Shown here in pieces: positions 12,741 to 25,585 of a stretch of DNA of 64,000 bases (within the stretch, counting starts at the first letter, position 1; every line of letters begins with the position of its first letter). This stretch comes from Elsinoe ampelina. Taxonomy: Eukaryota. The notes below the pieces were generated by a model, which saw nothing but the letters and a program-made list of their open reading frames with translations, ran no database searches and was not told the origin of the DNA. The stretch lies in assembly GCA_010093995.1 (NCBI GenBank), contig ML992508.1, forward strand, positions 1-64,000. Reading direction: 5' to 3'. Both the position numbers and the translations under genes were made by a program.

Positions 12741-13734
12741 GACTGCAACTCATCGACGCCGCCTTCAAGATGTTGGAAGCCCAAAGGAAGAGTCCCATCA
12801 TGGAGCAGAAGGCAAAGGCCACTGAGAGAAGGGCGCGCGGGAGACGATCACGGAGTTCGGCCTTTGACCCGGGATTGACTGCATGAAGAAATTGAATCTG
12901 TTGACGATGATGGGTCATCCTGAAGTCAAACTCTCGGCCAAGTTGCCAGTGTTCGCCGAGCTTTTTGACTGTGGCAATGTGTACTCTTCCGTTTTCGCCA
13001 GATTGCCAGCCTTCAAGCCTCCTCTCTTGCTTCCAACCTCCCCACCTTATCGCAGTATAGCTAGATGCGCGACCAGGCCCACCCGTATTAGTGCTTGCTT
13101 TCTGGGGTCTCCTTCATTTCTTTACGACGGCGTTCCTTAGGAGTCTAGCAATCGGATGACATGTCTAGTGCTATAGCTGATTGACCTTGCCCGAGGGCCT
13201 GTTTGGCGTCGACAGTGCAAGATTAATCAACATAGACTCTAGCCTCATACATGAAAAGATGCGAAAACAGCGGCACCAACATTACACGTTCGGCAGAGTT
13301 GACAAGGCCTCCAATTGCCCAGAACCCCGAAACAAAAATCGCTGCCAGCCTATAGTCCCTTGGTCCTGGGAAGGTCAAAGTTCTATGAGACTTTTGGAAA
13401 AGAACGTCGACCATCAAGCGGACGGTTCCGTATACAAGCTCCTGACGGCATCTAGGCCCTCCGTCAGCAGTAAGTGCAATTCCTCTCGTCTAGGTCTCCC
13501 CAATGCGCTGGCGTTTTGCGTGATCCTGCTGTTCTCAAATAATCTGTCCGCTTCTCAACAATTGCTCGGGATGCTATGATAGTGATGAAGTACACGTCAT
13601 CTGAAAGAGAGTACTAGGAGCATGCAAATTATAAAGAGGCCATTGAGCCTGGACATCCAGCATTCGAAGACATTAAACTATTGACCACCCTTCCGCCTTG
13701 CCAAACATCGTCTTGTCGCCATTGAAAACCAACT

Positions 13735-14443
13735 ATGAAGACCCAAACCGTCCTCGCCATCTTCTTCGCTGGTATGCTGTCCGGAACAGTTGCTGGCCCT
13801 CTAAAGAAGACCGACAACGCCGCCGAAGGTTCGAAGAAGACCGAGAATACAGCCGCATTACCAAAAACATCCACCGCAGATGAGTTAACCGTCCCTCCAA
13901 GTGTTCCAAAGCCGCCACCTATTGGCCCTTCATTCGGTGGCGGGACACCCGCATCGGGCACAACCACCGCATGGGCCGACAAGCAACCATCGCCATCGAC
14001 TCTGGCCTCGGATCCGCCGTCTAGCCAAGACTGGCAAGTCAAAGAACACAAAGCAGGTGGAACTCTCGGCCAGGTTGCGGGGGCTCCTGGTAACCCTCTG
14101 GATTTTGCGCCCCCCCCAGCATTAGACTTCGCCTCCAAGTCCACTGAGATTGCCTCGCTCCCACTCATTGGAGGCGCCGAGAAAAAGGTACGCAGATGAG
14201 CCTTCCTGCTGGCATCCGGCAAGACTTTACTGATTCGCGCAGATCAAGGACCAGCTCCCTGCTCAGGGCAGTCTGCCGAAAGACAGCCAGATCATGCCAT
14301 CTCACACTGATCTGGGTAATCCGATGAAGGAGAAGGTGGTGCAGGAAGACCCGAAGTTAAAGGCCGAAATGGAAGCCCGCATTTACGATCAACAAGCCAA
14401 GCTTGATGCATCCTCGAGCGGTTCCAGTAAGCCCACTCGATGA
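13735..14443 (+). CDS. putative secreted Pro/Ser/Thr/Lys-rich protein of unknown function, 217 aa (intron 14188-14242)
   Basis: Signal-peptide-like N-terminus MKTQTVLAIFFAGMLSGTVAG. A phase-0 GTACGC...CTGAT...GCAG intron extends the frame by 66 codons to TGA at 14441-14443. Confidence 0.7.
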
Positions 14444-14883
14444 AATTTGATTACCTACGACAGAAATGCGGTGAACAGACCATCGGTCAGGCACTCTTAG
14501 GGCGTTCGGTATTCGAGAAGCGATTACGGCAGCTTCTACGTCAGGCTAAACAGACCTGCGTTCATTCTTTCGGGAACCCTAACTGTAGCTTTGAAGAGAT
14601 TACTTGCTGTTCTACATATCAAGTCAACATGAATGAAAGAGTCAGCGCAACCCTAAATGGGGTCTCTGAACGGCAGATGAAAGTCATGGCATGGGTCGTA
14701 CCATTCCATTCATTGTTGGCCCAAATGCTGACAGCTGGAATTGTCCCGGAGTCAGTCAGAGCCACACTGAACTTGGTTTCCACCCTATATCCCCTCTGTC
14801 GGTACTCACTGGTGAACTTTGTCCAGAAAAGGAGCATTGCCTTGTCGGCTTAAGCGATCAGGCCTGCCACAACCAGCCCTTTG

Positions 14884-16374
14884 TCATCCATCCCACACTT
14901 CCACAGAAATGCTACTGTCCACCTCATTCAGCACTCGATCATCCTTTCGGTTGACTTCCCGGCAACGAAGCTGCCTCAACACTACGGAAGTAATGATGAG
15001 GAATACTGATAGAACAGTAACAGTGATGAAACCCTTACGGTACTTTGGTGCTTCAACTTGCTGCCACACAATCAGAGGCAACCAGGTCTGGAAAACATAC
15101 GCCATCTCGTTCATGGTACCGATCACCAGCGCTCTCTCTTCATTATCAGCCTTACAGATCTCATGAGCCCACGCCATGCAGAGACCACTCAGGCCGAAGC
15201 CAGCTCCGCAGAGAATGTAGCAAGCCCAATGCCAAGCAACGGGTATGTCCCAGATTGCCAGAGATACATAGCAAATGATGTTGACACATGCGCCGAAGAT
15301 GATAGGCGGCCACCTGGCTCCCTTGAAGATGCTGTCGGATGTCCATGCATATGCGAGTGTAGTGACGATTTGTACTGCGTATGTCGTGGTAGGGTACACG
15401 TTGATCTGCCATAGCTCATACTTCGGCGACCTGGATGCCTTCAGCCACTGTGCAAAGACTGGTTGAGCTCCGGCAGCACCGTTGACGAAGCAAATGTACA
15501 GAATGGTCAGAAGATAGATGTGCCATGACTTGAAGATCCTGAGTATTTTGGCCTTGGTGTAAGGCGCCCGAGGCTTGCGGCCTTCCAACACCATACGATG
15601 CTTGGCTAGGCCTCGCTCATCCTCAGTAAGATACCTGGCACGTGTGATCTCCGGGACATCTGGCAGTACGAAATATCCAGCAAGGGCAATTGGTAGAGAG
15701 ATGACGCCGTCTACGATGAAAAGCCATTGCCAGCCTCGGAACCCACCAGTCCCCTCGAGATTGTAGACAGCTGCCATAAGGTAGCCGCTGAACATGGACG
15801 CTATCGCAGCCGAGGTATGAAGGATACATGACCGCTTCGCAAGCTCATCGCTCCTGTACCATGAGCCGATGATGTATTGCATTCCGGGATAGAAGCCACT
15901 TTCCGCCAGGCCGATGAAGAATCGAAGAATGTATATCTGGTAGGCATGGTTGCATCTCGATAAGCCAAAGGTCAGGACCGTCCAGATTACCTCCAGCGTC
16001 GGTAGCCAGTAGGATGGTCGAATACGAGTCAATGCGATATTGCTCGGGATCTCGCCGACAACATAACCGATAGTCCAGCACGTTTGCATGTAATTGAGCT
16101 CGTTACCGTACAGGCCAAGATCCTCCTTCATTCCTGAAACGAATGCGTTGTTGATGTTGTTCTGGTCGAGGTACTTGATAAAGTATCCCAGACTGCCAAA
16201 TGTGAGAAGAGCCATGTCAAGCTTGAACAATAGCCGCCTCTCTGCTGGGGATTTGTCCAAAGTGTCCCAGATGTAGCTCTGCCATTTCCTAGGAGGCGCT
16301 TCCGGGATCAGCACCACGGGAGAGTCCTCATTGTCGCTATGATCCGACACCTTTGAGGGATCCTTGACTGACAT
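14884..16374 (-). CDS. MFS anion:cation symporter of the Liz1/Fen2/Seo1 (Dal5) family
   Basis: KLDMALLTFGSLGYFIKYLDQNNINNAFVSGMKEDL, GSWYRSDELAKRS and GWQWLFIVDG; intronless. An alternative in-frame ATG lies at 16494. Confidence 0.92.
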   Translation of the reverse strand: MSVKDPSKVSDHSDNEDSPVVLIPEAPPRKWQSYIWDTLDKSPAERRLLFKLDMALLTFGSLGYFIKYLDQNNINNAFVSGMKEDLGLYGNELNYMQTCWTIGYVVGEIPSNIALTRIRPSYWLPTLEVIWTVLTFGLSRCNHAYQIYILRFFIGLAESGFYPGMQYIIGSWYRSDELAKRSCILHTSAAIASMFSGYLMAAVYNLEGTGGFRGWQWLFIVDGVISLPIALAGYFVLPDVPEITRARYLTEDERGLAKHRMVLEGRKPRAPYTKAKILRIFKSWHIYLLTILYICFVNGAAGAQPVFAQWLKASRSPKYELWQINVYPTTTYAVQIVTTLAYAWTSDSIFKGARWPPIIFGACVNIICYVSLAIWDIPVAWHWACYILCGAGFGLSGLCMAWAHEICKADNEERALVIGTMNEMAYVFQTWLPLIVWQQVEAPKYRKGFITVTVLSVFLIITSVVLRQLRCREVNRKDDRVLNEVDSSISVEVWDG

Positions 16375-17133
16375 CGTGTCCAGTGGGAGACTTTGCTCGT
16401 CCGTCGAGAAAGAAGTGTCGGAGGGAGAAGAAGACGGCCCAAGCTTTACTACGAGGTCCTGAATGGTACGTAAGGAGAGCAGATTGCCTGCCATCGGGAC
16501 GGTGGCAAGAGATCTATATAAATATACTTCATGGACACAATTGCCAGAATCTTTATCCGTGGTGCAAGGTTGTCGAGCATTGCGTGCTTCTAGCGATGTC
16601 GCAGAGCGTATATAGCCACATGTGCCTGCATGGTAACATCATGTTGAATTGCCCTCTGCGTGACAGCGCGTGTTGATTGTGGTTATTTCCGACCTCGTTG
16701 AAGGCTGCTGATGGATTACCCATGATCGACATCCCCCCCTTAACTTAGAGCAGCTCGGACCGACGGCATTTTGCTTATCAGCATCAAGCTTGATTGAGAG
16801 GAATCCAAAATGCTTGTGTGAGGTTGGCTGAAGTTCACATGTGGAGAGCAAATGTCGTGATATTTCGAGCTCGAATCCATGCATTAGCGCTGGGCTGACC
16901 CCGCACACGGTCACTTCCCTCCGCCTCACAACACTATCAATCGTCTCAAAAGCGCCTATCTCGGAGCATATCAAAGTGAGGGTATTGGTCAGCCGGCCAT
17001 GTGAATAAGAAAGAAGGGTGTGAAACTTGCAAACCTCTCATCCATAGTATCCCACATCACAATCAGACCTCCTCTACCAAAACTCGCATACATTATCACT
17101 TCGCTCATCTTTTGCCCTCACCCACCTTTGAAG

Positions 17134-18351
17134 ATGGCACCGATTGCTTTGGAAACACAAGAGGTCGCCCCGATTGACCCGAAGATCAAGGATGTAGCTG
17201 CTCCGATCAAAGATACTCTTGAAATACCAGCGAACAGCAAGGCACGGCTCGAGCGAGCTGGGATCGACTTGTCTCGTGGATATCCCTATCGTCCAGCGCG
17301 ACCTCTGTACCTCGACGATGCTGCAGCGATTCGAAACGAGCCTTGGCCACACGATGACGCTGGAGCCCGTGCTGACAAGTCAAAGTCAGCATTACTGTCC
17401 GCCGCCACCTCTGTGACGGATCTCACCAAACATATCGGGACCGAAATTGCTGGCCTCCAGTTGAAAGACCTCACGAACAAGCAGCGAGATGAGCTCGCAT
17501 TATTGATCGCTGAGCGATCCGTGGTCTTCTTCCGCGATCAGGACATCAGTCCTCAGCAGCAGAAGGAGCTCGGAGAATATTATGGCAAGGTCGAGATTCA
17601 TCCCCAGGTTCCGCAAATTCCGGGAGTCGAAGGTGTCACAGTCATTTGGCCAGCTCTTCAAGCGACAGAGCGACCGGCCAGCTTTAGGAATCCAGGAGGG
17701 GCTAGCAGATGGCACACGGACCTGGTGCATGAGCTGCAGCCTGCGGGTATTACGCACCTCCACAACGACCAGATCCCAAAGATTGGCGGCGACACTCTCT
17801 GGGCTAGTGGATATGCGGCATACGAGAAGCTGAGCCCCGAGTTCAGAAAGATAATCGACGGGAGAGAAGCGATCTTTGTCAGCGCCCATACCTACCTGGA
17901 GCGAGGCAGAGAGGACGAAGGTCCGAAGCGCATTGAGAGGACTCACCCGATCGTGAGGGTGCACCCTGCGACGGGCTGGAAAGCATTGTTCGTGAACCGC
18001 GCCATGACCAAGAGTATCGTTGGCCTGGACAAGGATGAGAGTGATCTCTTGCTTGGCTACTTGTTCGACGTGTATGAAAAGGTATGTCAACCCGCTGAAT
18101 GGCCCTACCAGGATGCTTTGACCATATCCTGACAATCGCAGAACATTGATATCCAACTACGATTCCGATGGACTCCTAACACAAGTGCCTTGTGGGATAA
18201 CAGAATCACCATCCACAATGCCAGCTGGGATTATGGAGGAGACGAGCCCAGACATGGCACTCGGGTCACAAGTCTAGCAGAGAAGCCATTTTTCGATGCA
18301 AATGCACCAACGAGAAGGCAAGCATTGGGTGTCGCTGGCATCAATGAGTGA
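17134..18351 (+). CDS. TauD/TfdA-family Fe(II)/2-oxoglutarate sulfonate dioxygenase (Jlp1-like), 385 aa (intron 18082-18141)
   Basis: Facial triad WHTD...WDNRITIH, plus VVFFRDQD, GGDTLWAS and HPIVRVHPATG. The spliced exon 2 starts NIDIQLRFRW. Confidence 0.93.
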
Positions 18352-18731
18352 TCCATAGACCGTAGAAGCCTAGTCGTAAATACGGTCGGTCATAAAGAGT
18401 GTAATTGCAATTCTCCTTCCCAGTGACGATGACAGGCAGCGGTAACAAGCCATGGCACCGAGGGTTTCTTGAGCTAAGTTATCTGCTCAGTGGACTATCT
18501 GGTTGGGCAGAGAGTGTGTGCGGGACAGCCATCATGCATGAGGGGCTACCAAGTGGGCTTGGAGATGGCGTGATCGACCCCAGCGTTACGTGCTCATCCG
18601 TGGTCGTCGACAATGTTCCGATAAAGCACGAGTCCTTGATAACCTGAAGCCAAAGTATTGCTCCGAATGCAGATGATTGTTAGATAAGGCGCCATCCTCT
18701 TTCCAGATCCCACATTTGCTTGCACACCACA

Positions 18732-20459
18732 ATGCATTCGAGGCGCCTGGACGTGAAGAAAATAGCTGTAATCGGAGCCGGAGTGAGCGGAGTGGCTGCT
18801 GCCATTCATCTCAAGAAAGCGGGCTTGGACGTTACTGTATATGAGAGGACGCGTAGCGCCGGTGGCGTGTGGTAGGACATCAATCGTCGACAGGCTTGGC
18901 ATTGCTGATTTAGCGCAGGGTATTCAACGAGAATAGATCTCAAGATCCTTCATACCCATCTACCAGACCTTCCGCTGGCGACGTGGACGAGAGTGCGTTG
19001 AGAGACACGCTTGCAAGTCTATCAAGCCATGAAGCTGGTGTGGACGACGAACCAATCTGGAAGAAAGCTGAGTGTTTGCACGCCCCGCCAGCGTTTGTAG
19101 AGACTCCACTGGTACAGAAGACCTTGCTGAATTCCTCCAGGGCTGCCTATCGCGGGCTCAAGAACAATGTCTCGACAGTAGAAATGGAAATGCAGTCGCA
19201 TCCTTGGAACGATGGGACGGAGGATTTCGTGAATCACAAATTCCTGGCCGAGTACATTTCCGACGCAGCAGAAGCGAATGGTGTCCTGTCCGATATCCAG
19301 TTCGGCACCCGAGTCAGCAAAGTGTCGAAGTTCAACGGGCCGTGGTTGGTGGAAGTCACGAAGCTCGAGAAGACGGCAGCCAGCACTGGTAGGAACGACT
19401 CCCGACTCGATGTCCGCGCTGCGGATGAAGAAAGCCCCAGAGTCCTTGCCACCATGCACCAAGAAGTGAGATAACCTGCTTTGTGGATGGCTTCCGTGGG
19501 ACTAACCCAAATCTCAGTCTTTCGATGCGGTGGTGATGGCAGTCGGACATTATCATGCTTGCAATGTCCCAGACATCCCAGGTCTCGCAGAATGGAAACA
19601 AGCACATCCTGACAGAGTGTTTCATTCCAAGGCTTATCGCTACCCTGAAGACTTCGCAGGCCAGAGTGTGCTGCTGGTGGGCGCGGGGGTTTCTTCAACG
19701 GATATCGCAAAGGAGATAAGTCCCATCGCAAAGGCGGTGTATCAGGTAAGCCGAGGAGGGCAGTATGATATCCCAGCCACATTTCTCCCGCCAGCAGTCC
19801 ACCGAATAGGTCCAATAACATCTTTCGACAAGCTTGCGTCAAATAGCTCTGTCGATGGTCGTGGACCCATACCAGGGACAGTGACCTTGCAATCGGGAGA
19901 GAAATTGTGCGACATTGACAAAGTTATCCTCGCAACTGGATACCACGTCTCATTTCCATTTCTCAAGGACTTGCATGCTGATGGAGTTGCAGCCAAGGAC
20001 GCAGACGACAAAGTCCTTGTGACAGATGGGCAGCAGACGCATAATCTTCACAAAGATATCTTCTACATTCCGGATCCGACTCTGGCAGTGGTAGGAGCTC
20101 CGTATCATGTAGCGACCTTCTCGCTTTTCGAATTCCAGGCCGTGGCACTCGCCGCTGTATATGCAGGACTGGCAGATGTTCCGAGTGAGAGCGACATGCG
20201 GCGGGAATACCAAGAGCGACTACAAAGGAAGGGCGCCGGAAGATCGTTTCATTCTCTCAAGGGTGAAGGTGAAGAGATTGCGTATGTCAATGAGCTAGTG
20301 GCGATGGTGAATGGTCGGAACGGAACGAGAGAGCACATGCGGGGCCACTCAGCCAAGTGGCATCGAGCCTACCAGATACGGTTGGAACGACTGAAAGCGA
20401 TGAGGAATCCAGCTCAGGGACACTCAGAACGGCCGATAGCCATCCTGAATTGTTCTTAG
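18732..20459 (+). CDS. class B flavin-containing monooxygenase (yeast FMO1/thiol-specific monooxygenase-like; introns 18872-18918, probably 19093-19140, 19466-19517)
   Basis: FAD motif IAVIGAGVSG, YER..GGVW, FDAVVMAVGHY, FMO-type HSKAYR, NADPH motif VGAGVSS and LATGY. Confidence 0.9.
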
Positions 20460-21428
20460 TTGGCGAGAGCGAATGCGAACTTGTCTCGACAACTAAGAAT
20501 GCCTCTCCATTCCATCCGAATATGTTCTCTCCAACCGAGGATGGTGGTTAGCAACACCTCTTCCAGTTTGACTTCATTCCGAAACGCAGAGATCCCAGAT
20601 CTGAGGCGGTCGGCGACATCAACGGCTGCGAACGTCTTGAGCTTTAGCAGGGATGCATGTGGTTCCCCGGTCTGGCAGCATCCCACCACGTGCATCAAAT
20701 TTGACGACCCAGTGATCATCGACGAGAGACGCCACCATCGTGTCCTCGGGGCGGCTTGTGATTGACTAAAAACTGTGTGGAACGATGCTTGATGCAGAAG
20801 CCTTTTTCCTGGCTGAAAGCACACCAGATTTGATCATGTCCTTGCCCGTCAGATAGATGAAGATTGCTGCCCAATGGTCACGCGCACGTTGGCATACGAT
20901 TGGATCGCGGCAGACCGGATGATATATGCCGCGTATGCTTGCCTGTTTGTCGCTGGAGGACATGACGAGAAAGACTGTGGCCCCCGGGCTTTATTGTGAA
21001 TGTGCTGGACGTGCAGATGGACAGGTTCTGAAAGGAAGATCAGCAGGGGAAGAAGGGGAGAAATTGGGCTGGTCAATAAGTTAATCGAGTGGTTTGGCAA
21101 GGCGGGGCTAGCGCGGAATGACGATAACACTGTCACTGCTGCAGTTCGACTTATCTTCACAATATTATTGTCGATATCTTGTGCAACCACACCCTATTCC
21201 TCCCATTTCCGAGCCACATTATCCGCCTGACCTATTGCAGCGCCCTCCTGTCAACGTGTGCATTACAACTGACCAGGTCTCGACAAGACAAGGCCAGCGC
21301 AACATCCCTGCATCTCGCTTTAGCCCTCACCTGCCAACACTCCTCGACTCGATCGCTCTTCCTGCTGCTGTCCGGGCTGCACTTCTCCGACCACTGATCC
21401 TGTCCGGAGCGATTGAAATGTCAGGCTC

Positions 21429-24400
21429 ATGTCCTGTCGAGCTTCCAATGATACCTCACCGTCCGTCAAGCCTCTGGCCAGGTCGCGCACTCTACCAGTC
21501 ACCACACCAGTACCTGGTTTATCAGACCGCCATGCAAGATCACCACCCCAGATACCAGTTCGCGCCGTCACTTTCGGACCGACGTATGAGGACGACGAGA
21601 CTAGATCGGTAAACTCTTCGTCGAGACCTACCACAGCCATTGGAAGGAGAGCATCATTGAAAGAGACGGACATGATGGCGACATCCCCAGCAGAAACCAT
21701 CGTCGAGATGCCGCGCCTGCCTTCACAATCTTCGGCCGCACTTCCCTTTCCTCTGCAGTCGGCCGACTTCTTCCAAAAACTTCCAATCCGACCTGCGCCG
21801 GCGCAATCACATATTTTTCACACTCACACCACCCGCACCTCTTCTGAGGATACAGAGACATCTCCTCGTCAGGACACACCACCCGCCTCGCGAGGATTAC
21901 ACAGATCCATAACTCCGTCCCACCTTGACATTCGATCCAGTCCGGAAGACATTCACAGCAATCCTGCTCGGTCCCGATACCGGTCCTGGCGCCAGGGCAA
22001 TGCTAAGATGGACGGCTTGACTATTAGGGAATCGCAGAACAGGGCGGTCTTGGATGATGGCACAGAGGTAGATCAGAGGATAGACGCCAAAATGCCAAAG
22101 CCAGAATTGGGCACAAATGTGCGCAGCAGAAAGACCAGTCACTATCTAGGTATCTTCAAAGATGAGGATGCTCCACATCGCGTGAGACCAGATGAGCTTC
22201 CCAGACGTCCATCTACTTCCGGATCGTCCTCTCACAGCAGAGGCGACTCACTGTCTGGTAAGTTCCCTTTCACTTCGCATACCGCACCCACTCACCGGCT
22301 TTGTAGAAGAAGATATCCAAGATGACCGTACACCACCGCGAGAGCGCCCAATACCACCTGAGAAGCAAGGTCGTCCGACCCTCCCTCCTCGCCAATCTTC
22401 TATTGGCAAAGATCGATCACGCCCTCCGAAAGTGACAGAGCGACCTCCCCAGCACATCCCCTCCAACCTGCTGGAAGACATCCGCAACCACCGCAGGGTG
22501 ATCACCAATAATCAGAGAAGAGAATCATTGGATCGCACAACAAGATCTCAGGCAGCAAAGAAGGGCAAGGATACGCCTTCTGCAAAGAATCTTCGACTGG
22601 AGAACGTTACACTCGAAGAGCAGGATGACGAAGACTCATCCGACAAGGAGCATATCACATCCGCCCTTTACTACCCTCATCAAGGTCTCGCCAGCCGACC
22701 CCAACCGGAGGATGCATCGACTCCGGACGAAGAGATCGATAACACTGCGCACAAGAAGCTACCACCAGAACCGCTGAAGAAGGTACCATCTCCGGAGGAC
22801 AAGGAGAGGCAAGAGCACGTCGAGATAGCGCTCGTGTCTGAAGAAGAGAAGCAGTTTCTCCAGGGCAATCTTCCGAGCTCTCGCCACACGTCAGAGGAGG
22901 ACCCGGATTCGGGTCATCTCAAACAACGTGATCCGTACCAATCTGAATCGGAACTCAGCTCGGGATACGAGTCATCAACGACCCACGAGGATGATCTGAC
23001 TCCGACTGCAACTCCCAAGCAAGGTGCTGGCTTTCCTAGGCGCTTGTCCGACGCTGCAGGTATCAAGGGACACAGGAAGCAGCCTTCTGTTGGCGCTGTC
23101 GAGTTGAAGCCGTTTGATCATCAGGTGGGAGGACACACAACTGTCTACTCATTCTCTCGGCAGGCCGTATGTAAGCAACTCAACAGCCGTGAGAACGAAT
23201 TTTACGAAACTGTTGAGAGCTACCATCCAGAGCTCCTCGAATTCCTGCCCCGCTACATTGGTGTGTTGAACGTGACGTACACGAAGCCAAAGTCGCGAAA
23301 GAAGAAGCTGGCCGATACCAATGGAGACGGAGACAACGACAACGCCTATACCACTGATCACGGACAGGAGTCCACCGCGGAGCTCAGTGATGCACCTGAC
23401 CCTCAATGCTCAAGAATTCCCAAAAAGGTCCCCCGCGTGTTCAGCCAATCTCAGCGAAGGACGCCTGTACCTCAGGTCCGACTTAACAACAATACTCATT
23501 TGCTCCCTGCTGGACTGTTCGGCCGACCAAAAACAGCTTCACCCGAGTCTGACTCCAAGCAGATGGACAACAATTGGGTCGAGATGTACAGACAAAAATT
23601 TGGCGATTCACCTCGCGACAGTCCGGATCTAGATAAGCGCGATGTCTCGTCCGGATCTCTCATCGGTCGACTGCCACCGAGTCGGGGGACCACAACTGTC
23701 AACATCGACCTGCAGAAGCAGGTCTTTCGTGATGTCTTCAGCCCACCCGTCATCCACAGACCTGAGCGCAAGTCTCGTGGGAGGAACTTCAGATCCTTGA
23801 AGCGTTCGGCGAACACGGAACTTCGAGAGAAGGATATTCCTCCCCCTCTGGCTGAACGGCGTAGCAGCGCTGATGTGGTCGCACTTGGCAAGGAGAAGGC
23901 CGAACCCGACGAGACCCGTCGCCTTGCCTTGCGGAACAGTTCAGGCATCGATCAACTTGGCTTGTCTCTGCAGAAAGGATCCCCTATCGAGCGACTCAAA
24001 ATGGAGCACGATCCCCACAACCTCGACAATCAGTCGGCTGACGACCGTCTTGAGCTCAATGACAAGCCACGCAAACCTCTGCGACGTCGTCATTCAGGAG
24101 GAGGACTTCGTCGGAAGAAGGCAACAGAAGTGGATGGTACCCGAGGTGACCTTGAATATCACGAGGAAGACGGCTATCGTGGAGACATTGAGGAAGCAGT
24201 GTTTCCCATGGAAGATCTCGCCTCTCCTGGCATCTCACACGCACGACCGGTAACCTCTCCCCTTGGACGAGCTCCGCATTCCCACTCTCCATCGCTCAAT
24301 GGGCGTCCTAGGTCACCTGCGCAGAATCGTCCACCGCCGCTGCCCTTGGGGTCTACCCAGCCAAATGGCTCTACGCAATCAGATCTCCTTCCTAGATCGC

Positions 24401-25251
24401 TTGCACCAGCCATTGACCTGAAGTCACCGCCACTGCCGTCCCCAGACGCCGACTCGACCGGTCGTATCGAGCATTTCATCCTGCTTGAAGATTTGACAGC
24501 TGGTATGCTCCACCCTTGCGTACTCGATCTAAAGATGGGTACTCGCCAGTACGGCATCTACGCGGATGCTACCAAGCGCAAGTCTCAGCAACGAAAATGT
24601 CGGAACACTGCATCGGCTCAGCTTGGCGTGAGGGTCTGCGGGATGCAAGTCTGGAACGTGGTAAGCCAAACCAACCTTTTCGAGGACAAATACTACGGAC
24701 GTGACCTGAAAGCCGGTCGAGAGTTTGAAGCGGCTCTCAAGAGATACTTCTTTGACGGCATCGGTCATGCAGAGGCTGTTCGCCATATTCCAACGCTTCT
24801 TAGGAAGCTGGCAGAGCTTGAGCGTTTCATTCGGCGATTACCTGGCTACCGCTTCTACGGCACCAGTCTGCTTCTCATCTATGACCGTGGCGCCACCAAG
24901 GACGAGTCCGACAGTTCCGCGTCCACGTCTGCTTACGAGAGCGGAAGCGAGCATAGCTTTAAAAGTGTAGAGACGAACGGCAGCAACCATGCCACCAAAA
25001 AAATTGGCAAACGAGGAAAGGAGCTGCAGGTCAAGCTTGTAGACTTTGCCAACTGTGTCACTGCCGAGGACAAGGAGGAACTCTTGAGTGCTCCGTGCCC
25101 GCCGAGAAAGATTGATGGAGTCGATCGAGGATATCTGCGAGGGGTGAGGACGCTCAGGAAGTACTTTGCTCGCATCCTAGAGGGCCTCACAGGAGAGAAG
25201 CAATGTGTTGGTGCTGATGGCGAAGAGAGTGAGGGCGAGGCGAGCACGTAA
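21429..25251 (+). CDS. KCS1: inositol hexakisphosphate kinase (IPK family; intron 22258-22306)
   Basis: [38 protein letters not shown] (PxxxDxKxG), SLLLIYD and VDFAN, with long low-complexity inserts. The exact start codon is uncertain. Confidence 0.9.
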
Positions 25252-25585
25252 AGAGCCGTGACAAGCGCAGATCGACATGGCTTCATTGAGAAGAATTGAC
25301 GCTGGACACGTCGACTTTATCCTGGGACTGCTCGCTTTAGACTGAGGTATACAGGCTCGCTTGAGCGTGGCGTTGGCGGTCACTTTTGCTGGGTAGAGCG
25401 AGATACCAATCCTTTTGAATGCATTCATGAATTACAACATCTGGACGTTTTGCGAGCATGATTCTCATCATCTACTCGGGACCGCAATTCCATTCCCAGG
25501 GACCATTCGCCTCCTCAAATGACATGTATGGGGTATCATGCTGCTACTCATGCTTCAGAATAAACCCGATGCGCCGAGAATCATC

